Positions 8,833-18,655 of a DNA stretch of 64,000 bases are shown here, piece after piece. Under the pieces are notes generated by a model. The model did no database searches. It was not told the DNA's origin and worked only from the letters and a program-made list of their open reading frames with translations. Position 1 is the stretch's first letter, and the number at the start of each line of letters is the position of its first letter. Source of the stretch: a virus. Taxonomy: Duplodnaviria > Caudoviricetes. Both the position numbers and the translations under genes were made by a program. The stretch covers positions 83,031 to 147,030 of the IMG/VR virus record IMGVR_UViG_3300037067_003221; one strand, written 5' to 3'.

Positions 8833-9901
8833 CTTTCGCACCCTTTCTATCCAAGTAATCGGCGGATACACTTTTCAAAATCATCCGGCCAATGTGACAA
8901 GTTTGCTCAACCAACGGAGTCACAACACAGCCTTCGCGGCCTTTGAACTTACAGGCGGGGTCAAACGTAGTTGGACCGTAAGTAAGTTCTTTCAAAATAT
9001 CCAATGAGAATGGGCCAACATACAATACTGGCACCAATTCTACGCCATAAACATTGCACCAAGTTTCCAGAACGTCCCAATTGACGTACTGACCGTTAAT
9101 CATCATGTCAAAGACACGGTAGCCCAATTGGCCGCTCGGAACACCATAGTCCAAGTCTTGTACGCCAGGGCCGAACAACTCACCATATACGACAACCTCA
9201 TTGGTTTCGTCGCAAATGTCGGTCAGCATGTGCAGGATATTTTCATACTGCAACGGCTCCCAGTAAACATTGACTTTCAATTCGTCGGCCAAGTCCGAGT
9301 AGTAACACTCATGGGTGAATTGTTTCTTCACACAATGATGCGAACCGCCAACAAACTGCCATTCACCATCGATCTTGATAAGACCAATGCGGCTATTAGT
9401 TCCGTGAATCTTTTCGGTGATTCGTACTGGCAAACCCTCCTCGATAACACTGTGATTTTTCCAGTGGTGCTGGATGCTGGTGTATTCAGGGAAATTCAAC
9501 AGCTTGTGGCTTGTCTTAGCTTGGCCCTGGCGCAGTTGTGCCCGCGTGATAGGCGGCTCATACTTTACTGCACCGTAGTAGTCGGATACATCCGTACCCT
9601 CAGCCTTACCAACCAGCGGCTCCGGTACAACTTGAATGAAGCCGTAAGACGGAGTACCCCGCAAACGGGTGGCCGCAATACGGTTGCCATGTTTCAAGTA
9701 CGCCTTGACTCCAAGGCCAATTGCTACCGGCTCTGGCAAAATCATGTCAGGCGGGAAGAATACAGCCAAGTCACCGGCCTTAAATTGGCCAATAGGTGCA
9801 AGAGTCTGAGTGCCAAGGATGGTGACAATCTCAAGCCGATCCGCATTAGGATGTGGCGAGATTCCAATTACCCGTTCAATACTTACGTTAATTTCCGACA
9901 T
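8795..9901 (-). CDS. RNA ligase (DRB0094-like, OB-fold + Rnl2 domain)
   Basis: HPNADRLE N-terminal domain; TEKIHGTN, YGELFG, VFD, EGCVV, LKSVS motifs. Confidence 0.88.
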   Translation of the reverse strand: MSEINVSIERVIGISPHPNADRLEIVTILGTQTLAPIGQFKAGDLAVFFPPDMILPEPVAIGLGVKAYLKHGNRIAATRLRGTPSYGFIQVVPEPLVGKAEGTDVSDYYGAVKYEPPITRAQLRQGQAKTSHKLLNFPEYTSIQHHWKNHSVIEEGLPVRITEKIHGTNSRIGLIKIDGEWQFVGGSHHCVKKQFTHECYYSDLADELKVNVYWEPLQYENILHMLTDICDETNEVVVYGELFGPGVQDLDYGVPSGQLGYRVFDMMINGQYVNWDVLETWCNVYGVELVPVLYVGPFSLDILKELTYGPTTFDPACKFKGREGCVVTPLVEQTCHIGRMILKSVSADYLDRKGAKDDGELDDEGISD

Positions 9902-10392
9902 GCTGAGTTCCTTGTTAATCGTTTTCTGCGTTTGTTGTTCCGCAATTTAACGTGTGTTTCTCTATGACAGTTAGCGCACAACAAATCACATTTGTCTAGT
10001 TCGTGTTTTGTTTTATTCCAACTGTTGCGTAAATGTATCGTGTGATCTTTACATTTAGGATTCCTGTGATGAAATTCCAAAGCGGCTAAGTATTTATCGT
10101 AACCGCAAAGTTTACATTTCCCACCCTTGTAATCTACAGCACGTTGCTTAAATACATCATTATGTTGCACTATACAAGCATAATTACTGCACTTATAATT
10201 ACAATAGACATGATCTTTTCTTACTGGCAAAAACCAATGCCCACAAACTTTACAACGTCGTTTTGATCGTGCAGGTTGTTTATTCCGCCATTTTAAGTTC
10301 CTCGCTAGGCGTTGACAATTATCCGTACAATACTGAGAATTATAATGCTTCGGATAAAACCAGTGTCCACAACCAATACAGCGTCGTTTCAT
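9883..10392 (-). CDS. HNH endonuclease with zinc-ribbon repeats
   Basis: Two CxxCGHWF..YCxxxC repeats; GGKCKLCGY, LEFHH, LLCANCH. Confidence 0.85.
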   Translation of the reverse strand: MKRRCIGCGHWFYPKHYNSQYCTDNCQRLARNLKWRNKQPARSKRRCKVCGHWFLPVRKDHVYCNYKCSNYACIVQHNDVFKQRAVDYKGGKCKLCGYDKYLAALEFHHRNPKCKDHTIHLRNSWNKTKHELDKCDLLCANCHRETHVKLRNNKRRKRLTRNSACRKLT

Positions 10393-10423
10393 AATCTATA
10401 CTCTGCAAATCCTGTGCCAAAAG

Positions 10424-10495
10424 TCGCTCCGGTAGGATTCGGACCTACTTCACCACTTTCGTAGAGTGGTATGCTGTCCACTGCACCACGGAGCG
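10424..10495 (-). tRNA. tRNA-Arg(ACG)
   Basis: Cloverleaf CGCTCCG/CGGAGCG acceptor, CCACT-CTACGAA-AGTGG anticodon arm, T-loop TCCGAAT (atypical); no encoded CCA. Confidence 0.82.
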
Positions 10496-10543
10496 AAATG
10501 CCCTCGGAGCGTCCCACGTCTGGGCCATTCCGGGGCCGGTAAA

Positions 10544-10702
10544 TCACATCCCGATTGCAAACTTTGCCACATAGTATGGCCAACTGGCAATCCATCCGGC
10601 TTCATACCACCCGACTGGAACTCCGTAAGCTACTAAATGAGCAGTCAAAACAGTACAACCACCAGCCCAATAGGACACAGCCGCAATAAGCAATTTCTTC
10701 AT
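10544..10702 (-). CDS. small membrane protein (52 aa, not in ORF track)
   Basis: RBS GAGGA; MKKLLIAAVSYWAGGCTVLTAHLVAYGVPVGWYEAGWIASWPYYVAKFAIGM. Confidence 0.6.
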   Translation of the reverse strand: MKKLLIAAVSYWAGGCTVLTAHLVAYGVPVGWYEAGWIASWPYYVAKFAIGM

Positions 10703-10709
10703 TTTTTCC

Positions 10710-11060
10710 TCAAATTAAACCTTGTTCTTTTAGTAGTGCATGGGAAAATACGCTCGGCTCCCATTCCACACTTACATCTATTTTGGAGTTGGCCGACTTC
10801 AACTCCTCTGTCATAACATCTAATGATTTGCGATAACCTAACCCTTCTCGCCATAGGGAAACAAAGTGGGCTGCTGCTTTACGGGCGGTACTCCCGTCAC
10901 ACCCGGCTATGGTAACTATACCATGATTCCAGATGAACCGCCAAGCAGCCATAGTTTTACATCCAGCCCTTACACCCGCCGTGACTTCGCTTACTTTTAC
11001 ATTATCATTTCTATTCAATATCTCTCTGTCTAAAATACCTCGCGTCTTTCGGGATACCAT
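10710..11060 (-). CDS. hypothetical protein (start uncertain)
   Basis: Fills the gap after the ligase gene. Confidence 0.45.
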   Translation of the reverse strand: MVSRKTRGILDREILNRNDNVKVSEVTAGVRAGCKTMAAWRFIWNHGIVTIAGCDGSTARKAAAHFVSLWREGLGYRKSLDVMTEELKSANSKIDVSVEWEPSVFSHALLKEQGLI

Positions 11061-12117
11061 CGTCGCTCAACTCCCTGTATTTGAAAGTAACTAATTGTCC
11101 AATCTTAAAATACTTTCCTTGAAATCCACTCGGCATATCCTCGCCCGGCTGCTTCGCGGCTTCCCGCGACATAGCTTCCGTTTGAAATGCTCGTTCTGGA
11201 TTAGTTAGACCAGATAATTCTAATCTCTGTCCTTTATAATCCAAAATCAAGGCTCCAATAAGGCCAAGCAATTTGCTTCCCTTATCAGTCTCGCGGCCAG
11301 ATGTAAAGCCGACTAATGTGCCCTCAGCATCATCATACGGTTTATACTTTAATACATCGTGCGACCGTTTAGGAATCCACAGTCCTTTTGGATTCCTGAA
11401 TACCAAGCCCTCGCCGCCTAATTCCAACACCCTGTTCAGTAACCCCTCTACTTCCTCTCTACGTATATTCTTGGACAATAGAGTATGCCGGTGTAAATAG
11501 GCCACACTGCCTTCCGATGGTATAGCGGCGTTAAGCAACTCCATTTCATCTTTGAAGCACGTTCCCGCTGGAATAAATCGTACATCAACTAAACGACCGT
11601 CATCTACTCGATCTAACCACGCTTTAACTTCGTCGTAAAATATCTTACGTTTGAAGTTACTGTCTTTAATCTCACCATTTCTAAATACACTCTCAAATGG
11701 TGGACTCCCAAAAATTGGATATTCAATCTGTTCCCACTCTTTATCAATTGGAACATCCTTCGATACAACCGACCGACAGAATTGGAATCTGCCACGACCA
11801 GCCCAAAGTTCGCCGTCAAGCGGCATACAAGGTAGTTGATTGAGCCACCAATCAGGGGCTACAATGGGATTTCCATACCGACTCCATAGGCCGGTAGCAA
11901 ACTCTCGCACCTTGGTCTTGATCTTCCCCGTCTTAGGGTTATGGATTCCTGCCCAAGGCACTTCCATTGTCGGTAATCCTCGACTCAGCCCACCGTCCCA
12001 AAAACAGCGGGTGCCGTCCAGTTTTTCCGAGTATAACCAGCCGCCAACATTCGTGCGGTCATTATACTTGTGTGCCTGTTGCAAAAATTCACGTCGTTCG
12101 AGATCGGATTTTAACAT
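11011..12117 (-). CDS. ATP-dependent DNA ligase
   Basis: SEKLDG, LDGELW, EGLVFR, LKYK and C-terminal OB domain (TFKY..GIPKDARY). Confidence 0.9.
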   Translation of the reverse strand: MLKSDLERREFLQQAHKYNDRTNVGGWLYSEKLDGTRCFWDGGLSRGLPTMEVPWAGIHNPKTGKIKTKVREFATGLWSRYGNPIVAPDWWLNQLPCMPLDGELWAGRGRFQFCRSVVSKDVPIDKEWEQIEYPIFGSPPFESVFRNGEIKDSNFKRKIFYDEVKAWLDRVDDGRLVDVRFIPAGTCFKDEMELLNAAIPSEGSVAYLHRHTLLSKNIRREEVEGLLNRVLELGGEGLVFRNPKGLWIPKRSHDVLKYKPYDDAEGTLVGFTSGRETDKGSKLLGLIGALILDYKGQRLELSGLTNPERAFQTEAMSREAAKQPGEDMPSGFQGKYFKIGQLVTFKYRELSDDGIPKDARYFRQRDIE

Positions 12118-12377
12118 GGGTTAATGTGCGGCTTGGCCGGTGTTGGAGTGGGTGCTTGTTTTTTCAACAACTCAAAATCAATCCGAAGGTGGTCATTGTC
12201 CTTCTGCAAAGCGTCAACACGAATTTGCAATTTGGTGGCTTTCGCCCGCATATAAATTGCTCGTTGATAGTTTAATTGTCGATCAACTTCGGCCCGTTGG
12301 TACATGAAAAATCCACCGTAGCAGATAATCGCACCAACGATTGTTCCGAAAAGCGTCCCTAGAATTGCTGTTTTCAT
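12111..12377 (-). CDS. membrane-anchored coiled-coil protein
   Basis: N-terminal TM plus heptad region. Confidence 0.6.
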   Translation of the reverse strand: MKTAILGTLFGTIVGAIICYGGFFMYQRAEVDRQLNYQRAIYMRAKATKLQIRVDALQKDNDHLRIDFELLKKQAPTPTPAKPHINPC

Positions 12378-12378
12378 A

Positions 12379-12981
12379 TTAACTGCCTTTCTTTGTAACG
12401 AGTTGTGCCTGCAACGCTTTAATCATATTCTTATTTGATTCAGCGTTATCAATCAGACATTTAACATCGTTAGCAGACGCATCCAGTTTCTTTTGCAACT
12501 CTTCAATGATAACCTCATTCTTTGCGATGGTTGCTTTAAGTTCCTCAATCTGCTTCTTTGCAGAGAAATAATCGCATTTAGATTGATCTAGCAACTCCAA
12601 ACTAACATCCAAACGCGCACCCAACTTGGCATTTTCGTCGGTTAGTTCCTTAATGGTGGTGGCACTTTCTTCCAAAACACCTTGTAACCGACCATTCTCT
12701 TCTCGCAACTGCTTCACCCCGGCAGCAAATTTTGAAAGCATATCGTCCTGCTTTTCAATTCGCCGTGCTTGGATGGTTGCAATCTCTTGGCATTTTTCAG
12801 CATACTGAATGGTGCCTGTTGCTCTGCACAAATCGACAAACTGTTCATAGTTCATCTTATTGGCTTCATCGAACTCAGTCAATACCTTGTGGGTTGTGTA
12901 GTGGTCAACAGCAACAACCGACACGGCCAAAATCGCCAATACCATATAAAGGTACTTAGTCAATTTGCTCACGATCATCAT
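12379..12981 (-). CDS. membrane-anchored long coiled-coil protein
   Basis: N-terminal TM plus extensive heptads. Confidence 0.65.
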   Translation of the reverse strand: MMIVSKLTKYLYMVLAILAVSVVAVDHYTTHKVLTEFDEANKMNYEQFVDLCRATGTIQYAEKCQEIATIQARRIEKQDDMLSKFAAGVKQLREENGRLQGVLEESATTIKELTDENAKLGARLDVSLELLDQSKCDYFSAKKQIEELKATIAKNEVIIEELQKKLDASANDVKCLIDNAESNKNMIKALQAQLVTKKGS

Positions 12982-13588
12982 AACGTCTCCTCAATGTTTG
13001 TTTAATTTGCGAACATAATTGTGTACTGATTTGTAACTTTTGAGCAATCTCTACACCAGTAAATCCTTGTACACTCATTTGTAAGATAATCTTTTCACGG
13101 TCATTTTTAGCAAGGCTCTCAATATCAATTAAGGCTTCAAATTCTTCTAATGTATTGAGACTCACCATATCTTCATTAAGTGCTTCTCTAACAGGTATAG
13201 GTACATCGGCGACAACTTGCATTCTAACCGTATTTCCTTTTAATATGAGGCTTTCGGCTGCATAGTCACTAACTGTAAATTTTACCATTTGCCAGTAATA
13301 GGACAGTGGATTTTCAATCTCAGATGTTACAGTATTATGAACCCATTCGCATGTTTTCAATGTTAGAATACTAACTAATTCTTCATATAAAATTTTCAAT
13401 TTAGGATTCTTATAGATCATACGATCTAAAATAATCTGACACGATGCCAGTAATTGTAAAATTAGTTCGTCTCTAACTTCTAAATTTCCATCCGTATATT
13501 GTTTCCAGGTTTTTAATACTTTCTCACGATTAAAAACAGGTAATTCATCAGGAAACTGGTTGCATCCGTGCCATGAAGTTGTTTTCAT
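12956..13588 (-). CDS. sigma70-like factor (region 2 + region 4 HTH)
   Basis: GNLEVRDELI region-1.2/2-like; NDREKIILQM..GFTGVEIAQKLQIS HTH. Confidence 0.65.
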   Translation of the reverse strand: MKTTSWHGCNQFPDELPVFNREKVLKTWKQYTDGNLEVRDELILQLLASCQIILDRMIYKNPKLKILYEELVSILTLKTCEWVHNTVTSEIENPLSYYWQMVKFTVSDYAAESLILKGNTVRMQVVADVPIPVREALNEDMVSLNTLEEFEALIDIESLAKNDREKIILQMSVQGFTGVEIAQKLQISTQLCSQIKQTLRRRYDDREQID

Positions 13589-14084
13589 ATTGCGGCTCCA
13601 TTTTTGTAAAAATCCATAAAGTCTGTGGGAGGAAATTCTTTCTCGGTGCGTCGTTAAACTCGTAAGACAATCCTCGCGGATCATATATCAATTGTCCGTC
13701 CCAGGCGGCAGCATGATTGCTGATTGATTTGTCTGGGTGTCTAACTAAGCCGCTAAAAATTCCACGCTGGCATTTTGCAATATAGTAGTGGAATCGTTTA
13801 ATTGCCTCTTCCAATGGCATCGTAGGTGCCTGTTCAGTTGACTCTGGATTGGGCCGCGAACCAAAATACGCCAATATCTCGGTTACGGAAAATCCGTGCA
13901 TCATTGCAACATCAATACACTCTTGGATATGGAAACCTTTTCTAGTCGTCTTGCTTTCAGGGTATGGAAACTCGTCGCCAGAATGTCCTAACTCTCGAAT
14001 CACTTCTTCAAACGGCATATCCAAGACCATCGCCAATGAAGCTGGTAAACAGGCCCAGGGCATTATATTTGTTGGAATATTCAT
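13548..14084 (-). CDS. C39-like papain-fold peptidase
   Basis: WACLPASLAMVL catalytic Cys helix; HAAAWDG..IYDP His/Asp. Confidence 0.6.
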   Translation of the reverse strand: MNIPTNIMPWACLPASLAMVLDMPFEEVIRELGHSGDEFPYPESKTTRKGFHIQECIDVAMMHGFSVTEILAYFGSRPNPESTEQAPTMPLEEAIKRFHYYIAKCQRGIFSGLVRHPDKSISNHAAAWDGQLIYDPRGLSYEFNDAPRKNFLPQTLWIFTKMEPQYENNFMARMQPVS

Positions 14085-14254
14085 AGTTCTGGTTTGGTTC
14101 CTTCTCGTCGGGCAACTGCTAAACCTTGGTTGATTGCCTTCTTCTTGGCCTTCTCGCGGCTAACTTTGTTACCGGCAGTGTATGTGTATTTTGCTCCATG
14201 TTGGCCCCACTGATACGCAGGTTTGCCATTTTTAGTCGTAGTATGAACAGGCAT
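14081..14254 (-). CDS. small basic protein (57 aa, not in ORF track)
   Basis: RBS AAGGA; MPVHTTTKNGKPAYQWGQHGAKYTY...AINQGLAV; ATGA overlap with next gene. Confidence 0.65.
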   Translation of the reverse strand: MPVHTTTKNGKPAYQWGQHGAKYTYTAGNKVSREKAKKKAINQGLAVARREGTKPEL

Positions 14255-14265
14255 GTTATCCTTTC

Positions 14266-14694
14266 TTATAAAATAGTGTTTCGTTCATCTTCTTCTCGAT
14301 TGAGTTCATCAAGCAAGTCATCGATACCATCTTCAACTTTGTCTGGGTCGCCCCATTCAGGCTTCCAATAATCTTTCCAGTTAGGTGCATGAAACAGTCT
14401 ATCATACTGTTTTTTATTGGCCTCTGTCATAATCCAGATGCCGGTGCCATACCTATCAAGTATTGGGAATTTACGCCGTTGATGTTTTGTAAATGTGTAG
14501 TGATCTTCTTGCTTAACTTCTAGCCACCGTTGACCAAATTGTGGGTGCGTGATATATAAATCTGGAAGGCCATACTGCCATCCAATACCGACAATACGTT
14601 CAACATGCCACCCTCGCTCGAAAAGATACTGTACAATTCGTGATTGTATTCCGTATTCAGGGCCGTGTTTGGCTCTGGCTTTCTTCGGGTCCAT
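14266..14694 (-). CDS. VRR-NUC-like nuclease
   Basis: E..IQ, GLPDL, WLEVK, TKHQ motifs. Confidence 0.78.
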   Translation of the reverse strand: MDPKKARAKHGPEYGIQSRIVQYLFERGWHVERIVGIGWQYGLPDLYITHPQFGQRWLEVKQEDHYTFTKHQRRKFPILDRYGTGIWIMTEANKKQYDRLFHAPNWKDYWKPEWGDPDKVEDGIDDLLDELNREEDERNTIL

Positions 14695-14697
14695 GTG

Positions 14698-15060
14698 TCA
14701 CCATTTAGGGTCAAGTTCAATGCTCTCGGCCATGATCGCAACATACTTCAAAGGCATCCAATATTGCGTATCCGGGTCGTCTGCTTTCTCAAGCACATGC
14801 ACAATTCCGCCCCGCATAATATCGTCTGCATGAATCCCAGGTAACGCCATCAATACACCATGCTCAACCCGATAAGGGTCAAGTAAAGTGATGGTAATCT
14901 TGTCGCCAGCTTTAGCATCGTCCCAATCTCCGATCAATTTATCGGGTAGGATGGTGAATGTGTCCAAAATAGGGTCGCACATTAAGGCCAGCAGTTTTGT
15001 CAGCCTATTGTTCATTGCAATAAACTCAAGTACCCGTATGCCTAATCCATTTTCACTCAT
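14698..15060 (-). CDS. hypothetical protein
   Basis: ATGA-coupled ORF. Confidence 0.6.
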   Translation of the reverse strand: MSENGLGIRVLEFIAMNNRLTKLLALMCDPILDTFTILPDKLIGDWDDAKAGDKITITLLDPYRVEHGVLMALPGIHADDIMRGGIVHVLEKADDPDTQYWMPLKYVAIMAESIELDPKW

Positions 15061-15782
15061 TGGGGTCTCCGATGCTGTTTTAGCGATGAATCAATTGCTA
15101 ATACCGGATCATACGCCGCCTGACATGGCACAGTGAACAACTTCTCTTCTTTCTTCTTTGCAGTAAATGCGATAAGAAGAAAATCCTCTGGGCAATTATT
15201 CAAAAACTGCGTTGGTGTAAAATCGGCATCATATACAACCGTTTCGCCACCTTGCGACCAATTCTTTGGGAATTTAACAATCCAGAATTTGAAATCCTCG
15301 AAGCCATTATTACGGTAAACATCGAAGAACAAAGTCATGGAAAAGTTGTAAAATCCGTGGTTAATCCAAGTCAATGGCGAACAATGAAATACTGTTCCAC
15401 CGACTTTGCATAGGTTAATCACATTCTCGAATACTTGTCGTATATCAAAAATATGTTCCATCGTTCCACATTCAAACACAAAGTCAAATTGACCTTGTGT
15501 ATTCCCGATAGGAAGATTCATATCGTGAACGATAGTCACCCCTTCATCATCATTGAAATCAATGTCCTCATACCGTTTGAATCCAAGGTCTGTAAAGAGA
15601 TTCTTACTGGTATAAGCAACTTCATCCGGCGTAGCCGGATGCCCAATTTGAGCCATATAATTGACAAAATTAGGCACATTGACAACAAGTTGTTGGCGAG
15701 CTAAACTCACCATCGAATCATGGTTCACTGACGGAAGAACCTCTTCCGCCAGCAAACGAACTAAACCTAACGATATACTCAT
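15057..15782 (-). CDS. class I SAM-dependent methyltransferase (glycan-cluster type)
   Basis: YEDID..HDMNLPI..FDFVFECGTMEHIFD..CKVGG..NHGFYNFS. Confidence 0.78.
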   Translation of the reverse strand: MSISLGLVRLLAEEVLPSVNHDSMVSLARQQLVVNVPNFVNYMAQIGHPATPDEVAYTSKNLFTDLGFKRYEDIDFNDDEGVTIVHDMNLPIGNTQGQFDFVFECGTMEHIFDIRQVFENVINLCKVGGTVFHCSPLTWINHGFYNFSMTLFFDVYRNNGFEDFKFWIVKFPKNWSQGGETVVYDADFTPTQFLNNCPEDFLLIAFTAKKKEEKLFTVPCQAAYDPVLAIDSSLKQHRRPQ

Positions 15783-18193
15783 GCTGCAACCTTTTGTAAG
15801 GCGATGTTTTCAGGATAAGTGATGTGGCGCGTTTTTGCACCACCTTTCTTTTCAGCCCAATTATCCATAGCAAGGTTCCATTTCAGCCCGATCAACGGTA
15901 CTTTCTTACGGAACGATTCAACGGACTCTGCCACGGCATCCGACACGGCATCCACCATAGTTGGGTGGGTGACGCACAAAATTTCGTCGTGGATATTCAT
16001 TGGAGCAACTAGCCAATCGTGTACGCCGTATGGTTGTAAATCCCAAATCTTGCGTTGAACGTGCTTGGTGATAGTAGCACCGGCTGATTGAATCAAATGG
16101 TTATTCGCAGCCCGCATATTTGCGGCCTGAATCTGGAAAGCCGCCCCGTACAGGGCCGAAGCCAACGCTCCGGGAGCAAGTTGCTCTCGATCACGCCGAA
16201 CCACTTTGACTTTGCATTCTTTCCATGCTTTGGGCAGGTTATTGGCCAAGTCAAACAAGGCTTTACAAATCATATTTTCCAGTGTAAAGTAACGCCGGAA
16301 ACCTAAAAATGTCTCGACATAAGCCTTTGGCTCATGCCACACAACTTGCGTTCCAATACCGCCCGGTTGGCGCATCGAACAAAAATCATCTTTGATTCTT
16401 TCGCGCGATAGACCAATGCCAGGGTATTTGGAACACCATTTATCAAACGCTTTCTTAGCTTGATCTTCTGGAATGCCCAATCGTTTATTCCAGGTAGTAT
16501 GATCGCCACCGTAAAGGAAACCAAACATACCAGACTTAGACGGACTATACCAATCAGGTGTCTTACCGTCTGAGGCTACTATTTCGTCATACGTCTTGCC
16601 AGGGTATAATTCCATACCTAGCAAGGCGTGAATCTTTTTACCTTCAAGCAATGTTTGATGCAAAATTGCATCGTCGAACACTGCGTCCGCGATAGTCACT
16701 TCAAATCCGTCAAAGTCACCGCCGCATAGAACCATGCCTTCCCAATTCAATGGGAACATCTTACGCACGTCCTTAGTTTTCTTAATACCTTGGGCATTTA
16801 ATCCATCACTACCAGACATACGAGACGACAACGCACCGATTACGTTGAAACTAGCATGAAGTCGTTCAGCTTTGAGCAACTTCGTATAAAGTTCAACTTC
16901 TTTCGCTGCAAATTTAACATCTAATATTTTCTGGGCACGGACGGCTGCTGGATGTTCTCCCGGCAATAATTTACCGAGGCCACCACAGCGTTTGCACGGT
17001 TCGCCATCTTCTATACCCGTGCCCCAACATCGGAGGCATTCTTCTTCGGCTTCAACCTTCCAATGGCTGACAACCTCTACATTTTGCTTCTTTGTGCTAT
17101 CGTCAAGGTTCGACCCAACTACTTCGGTTTCGTCCATTACTTCCGTTAAATAACGTCGAACGGCAGGTGGTTTATTGATATTGACAGGTGACTGAGCAAT
17201 GACCGCGACGGCCTTTTGCAGCAATTCTGTGATACCTTCTTTATCAATCTCATAGCCGTGCCAACGCACAGCAGCAACCATACAAGCCAACTCGCTATCA
17301 TCATCACCCGGCTCTGGACGGCCAAAATGATCGTACAAATCTCGCGTATAAACAATATCATCCGTGGCATACTCCCTGGCATTGGCATTCTCATTCCAAT
17401 GTCGGATATGCTCATGGATTAACGCAGGCCACGCCATTCCGATTAGTTTACCGTTATCGTCATAGCATTCCCAGTTGCTTGCGTCCGCTACAGCCATCGC
17501 TGTCGGTGCATATCCTAGTTCATACGGCCTCCAACTTGAATCTAATTCAATATCAGAGAAATGAAACTTAGGTTGACGCTTTAGGGCGTGTTCTGCTAAA
17601 TACTTCAAACCACCGGCTGGGTGGAACTTTAACACAACGTCTTTGAAGTCTTTGTTTACGATACCTCTCTTAGAGACAATATCATAAACCTTCCAACGTG
17701 GTGCTTCCTTATCCGCCGTCTTGGCAAAGTAAATACCATCAATGTTAATCGTGCTTTCCAGTTGTTGTGCTAAAGCATACGCCAAAGCCGTTGGCACCTT
17801 GCGGATACGAATATCTTCGCGGGCCATCAATGCTTGATACGGTCCCTTACGAGAGAACAGCATCAAGTCGCAACAACTTCGCGGCTTCAAACACGGGCCG
17901 CTCATTCCTTCGGACTCTTTCAAAGCAATCTCTTGGATATGCTGTTCAGGAATCCATTCTGGGTCTAACAAACGCCAGATCGTAAACATCTTTACCAACA
18001 TAAACCAGTCAAACGAGCAATTGAAACCGACAAATGTATTTAATGAAAAATACTCAATCAGGTCAAGTGTCCGTTGGACAGGTTCCTTCCAAGGCTCCCA
18101 AAGATGAATTAAACCATCTTCTTCGGCCCACTGAATCAGGACGGGCATACCATACAACCCGCAAGTTTCAGTATCGATATAAATTTTAGCCAT
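15779..18193 (-). CDS. polA: DNA polymerase family A with 3'-5' exonuclease and DnaJ-like zinc-finger insertion
   Basis: IDTET exo I, FNCSFD exo II, YATDD exo III, SSRMS, DFDGFE motif A, KSGMFGFLYG motif B, IHDE motif C. Confidence 0.88.
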   Translation of the reverse strand: MAKIYIDTETCGLYGMPVLIQWAEEDGLIHLWEPWKEPVQRTLDLIEYFSLNTFVGFNCSFDWFMLVKMFTIWRLLDPEWIPEQHIQEIALKESEGMSGPCLKPRSCCDLMLFSRKGPYQALMAREDIRIRKVPTALAYALAQQLESTINIDGIYFAKTADKEAPRWKVYDIVSKRGIVNKDFKDVVLKFHPAGGLKYLAEHALKRQPKFHFSDIELDSSWRPYELGYAPTAMAVADASNWECYDDNGKLIGMAWPALIHEHIRHWNENANAREYATDDIVYTRDLYDHFGRPEPGDDDSELACMVAAVRWHGYEIDKEGITELLQKAVAVIAQSPVNINKPPAVRRYLTEVMDETEVVGSNLDDSTKKQNVEVVSHWKVEAEEECLRCWGTGIEDGEPCKRCGGLGKLLPGEHPAAVRAQKILDVKFAAKEVELYTKLLKAERLHASFNVIGALSSRMSGSDGLNAQGIKKTKDVRKMFPLNWEGMVLCGGDFDGFEVTIADAVFDDAILHQTLLEGKKIHALLGMELYPGKTYDEIVASDGKTPDWYSPSKSGMFGFLYGGDHTTWNKRLGIPEDQAKKAFDKWCSKYPGIGLSRERIKDDFCSMRQPGGIGTQVVWHEPKAYVETFLGFRRYFTLENMICKALFDLANNLPKAWKECKVKVVRRDREQLAPGALASALYGAAFQIQAANMRAANNHLIQSAGATITKHVQRKIWDLQPYGVHDWLVAPMNIHDEILCVTHPTMVDAVSDAVAESVESFRKKVPLIGLKWNLAMDNWAEKKGGAKTRHITYPENIALQKVAA

Positions 18194-18295
18194 ACAAGCA
18201 AACCTCCCTAGTATTAGGATAAAAATTATGGCTTAACGACACACAAAATTAAATAGGAGAGTTTGAGGCCGTGGTATAAACTCTTCGGCTTGTCC

Positions 18296-18655
18296 TTATC
18301 TCCTGTTATTTCTTTTCTCCTCTTGCCACAAATCATAATGCCATTTGTCTTTAGTCACGCTCGCGCCTTTAATTAGGCCAGTTGTGAATCGTTGTTTTGG
18401 TAATGACAATATAAGATGATGATCGCGTAATATCTTGCCTGCAATTATCACGCCTGTCCGTGTGCTACCAATTATCGTGCAGGGTACTTTCTGTTTTTTT
18501 CGTTTGCTGCTACTAAGCATGGCTCGGCCATCTTTTAGAACGTCTAATTCATAAACAGTTGAATTTGTTTCTAAATAAATGGTTGTTCCTGATTGTAGTT
18601 TAGCCGGTTCAATAAATTCATTCGAGTGGATTTTGTCCTTCGGCTTCTGTTCCAT
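18296..18655 (-). CDS. hypothetical protein
   Basis: ORF in operon. Confidence 0.6.
   Translation of the reverse strand: MEQKPKDKIHSNEFIEPAKLQSGTTIYLETNSTVYELDVLKDGRAMLSSSKRKKQKVPCTIIGSTRTGVIIAGKILRDHHLILSLPKQRFTTGLIKGASVTKDKWHYDLWQEEKRNNRR

Noticed and set aside
10389-10595. 68-aa ORF in the ORF track
   Set aside because: Overlaps tRNA-Arg and the better-supported small ORF
10505-10625. Long 6S-like rod-shaped ncRNA upstream of tRNA-Arg
   Set aside because: Pairing is patchy and most of the region is explained by a 52-aa membrane ORF with RBS (10544..10702)
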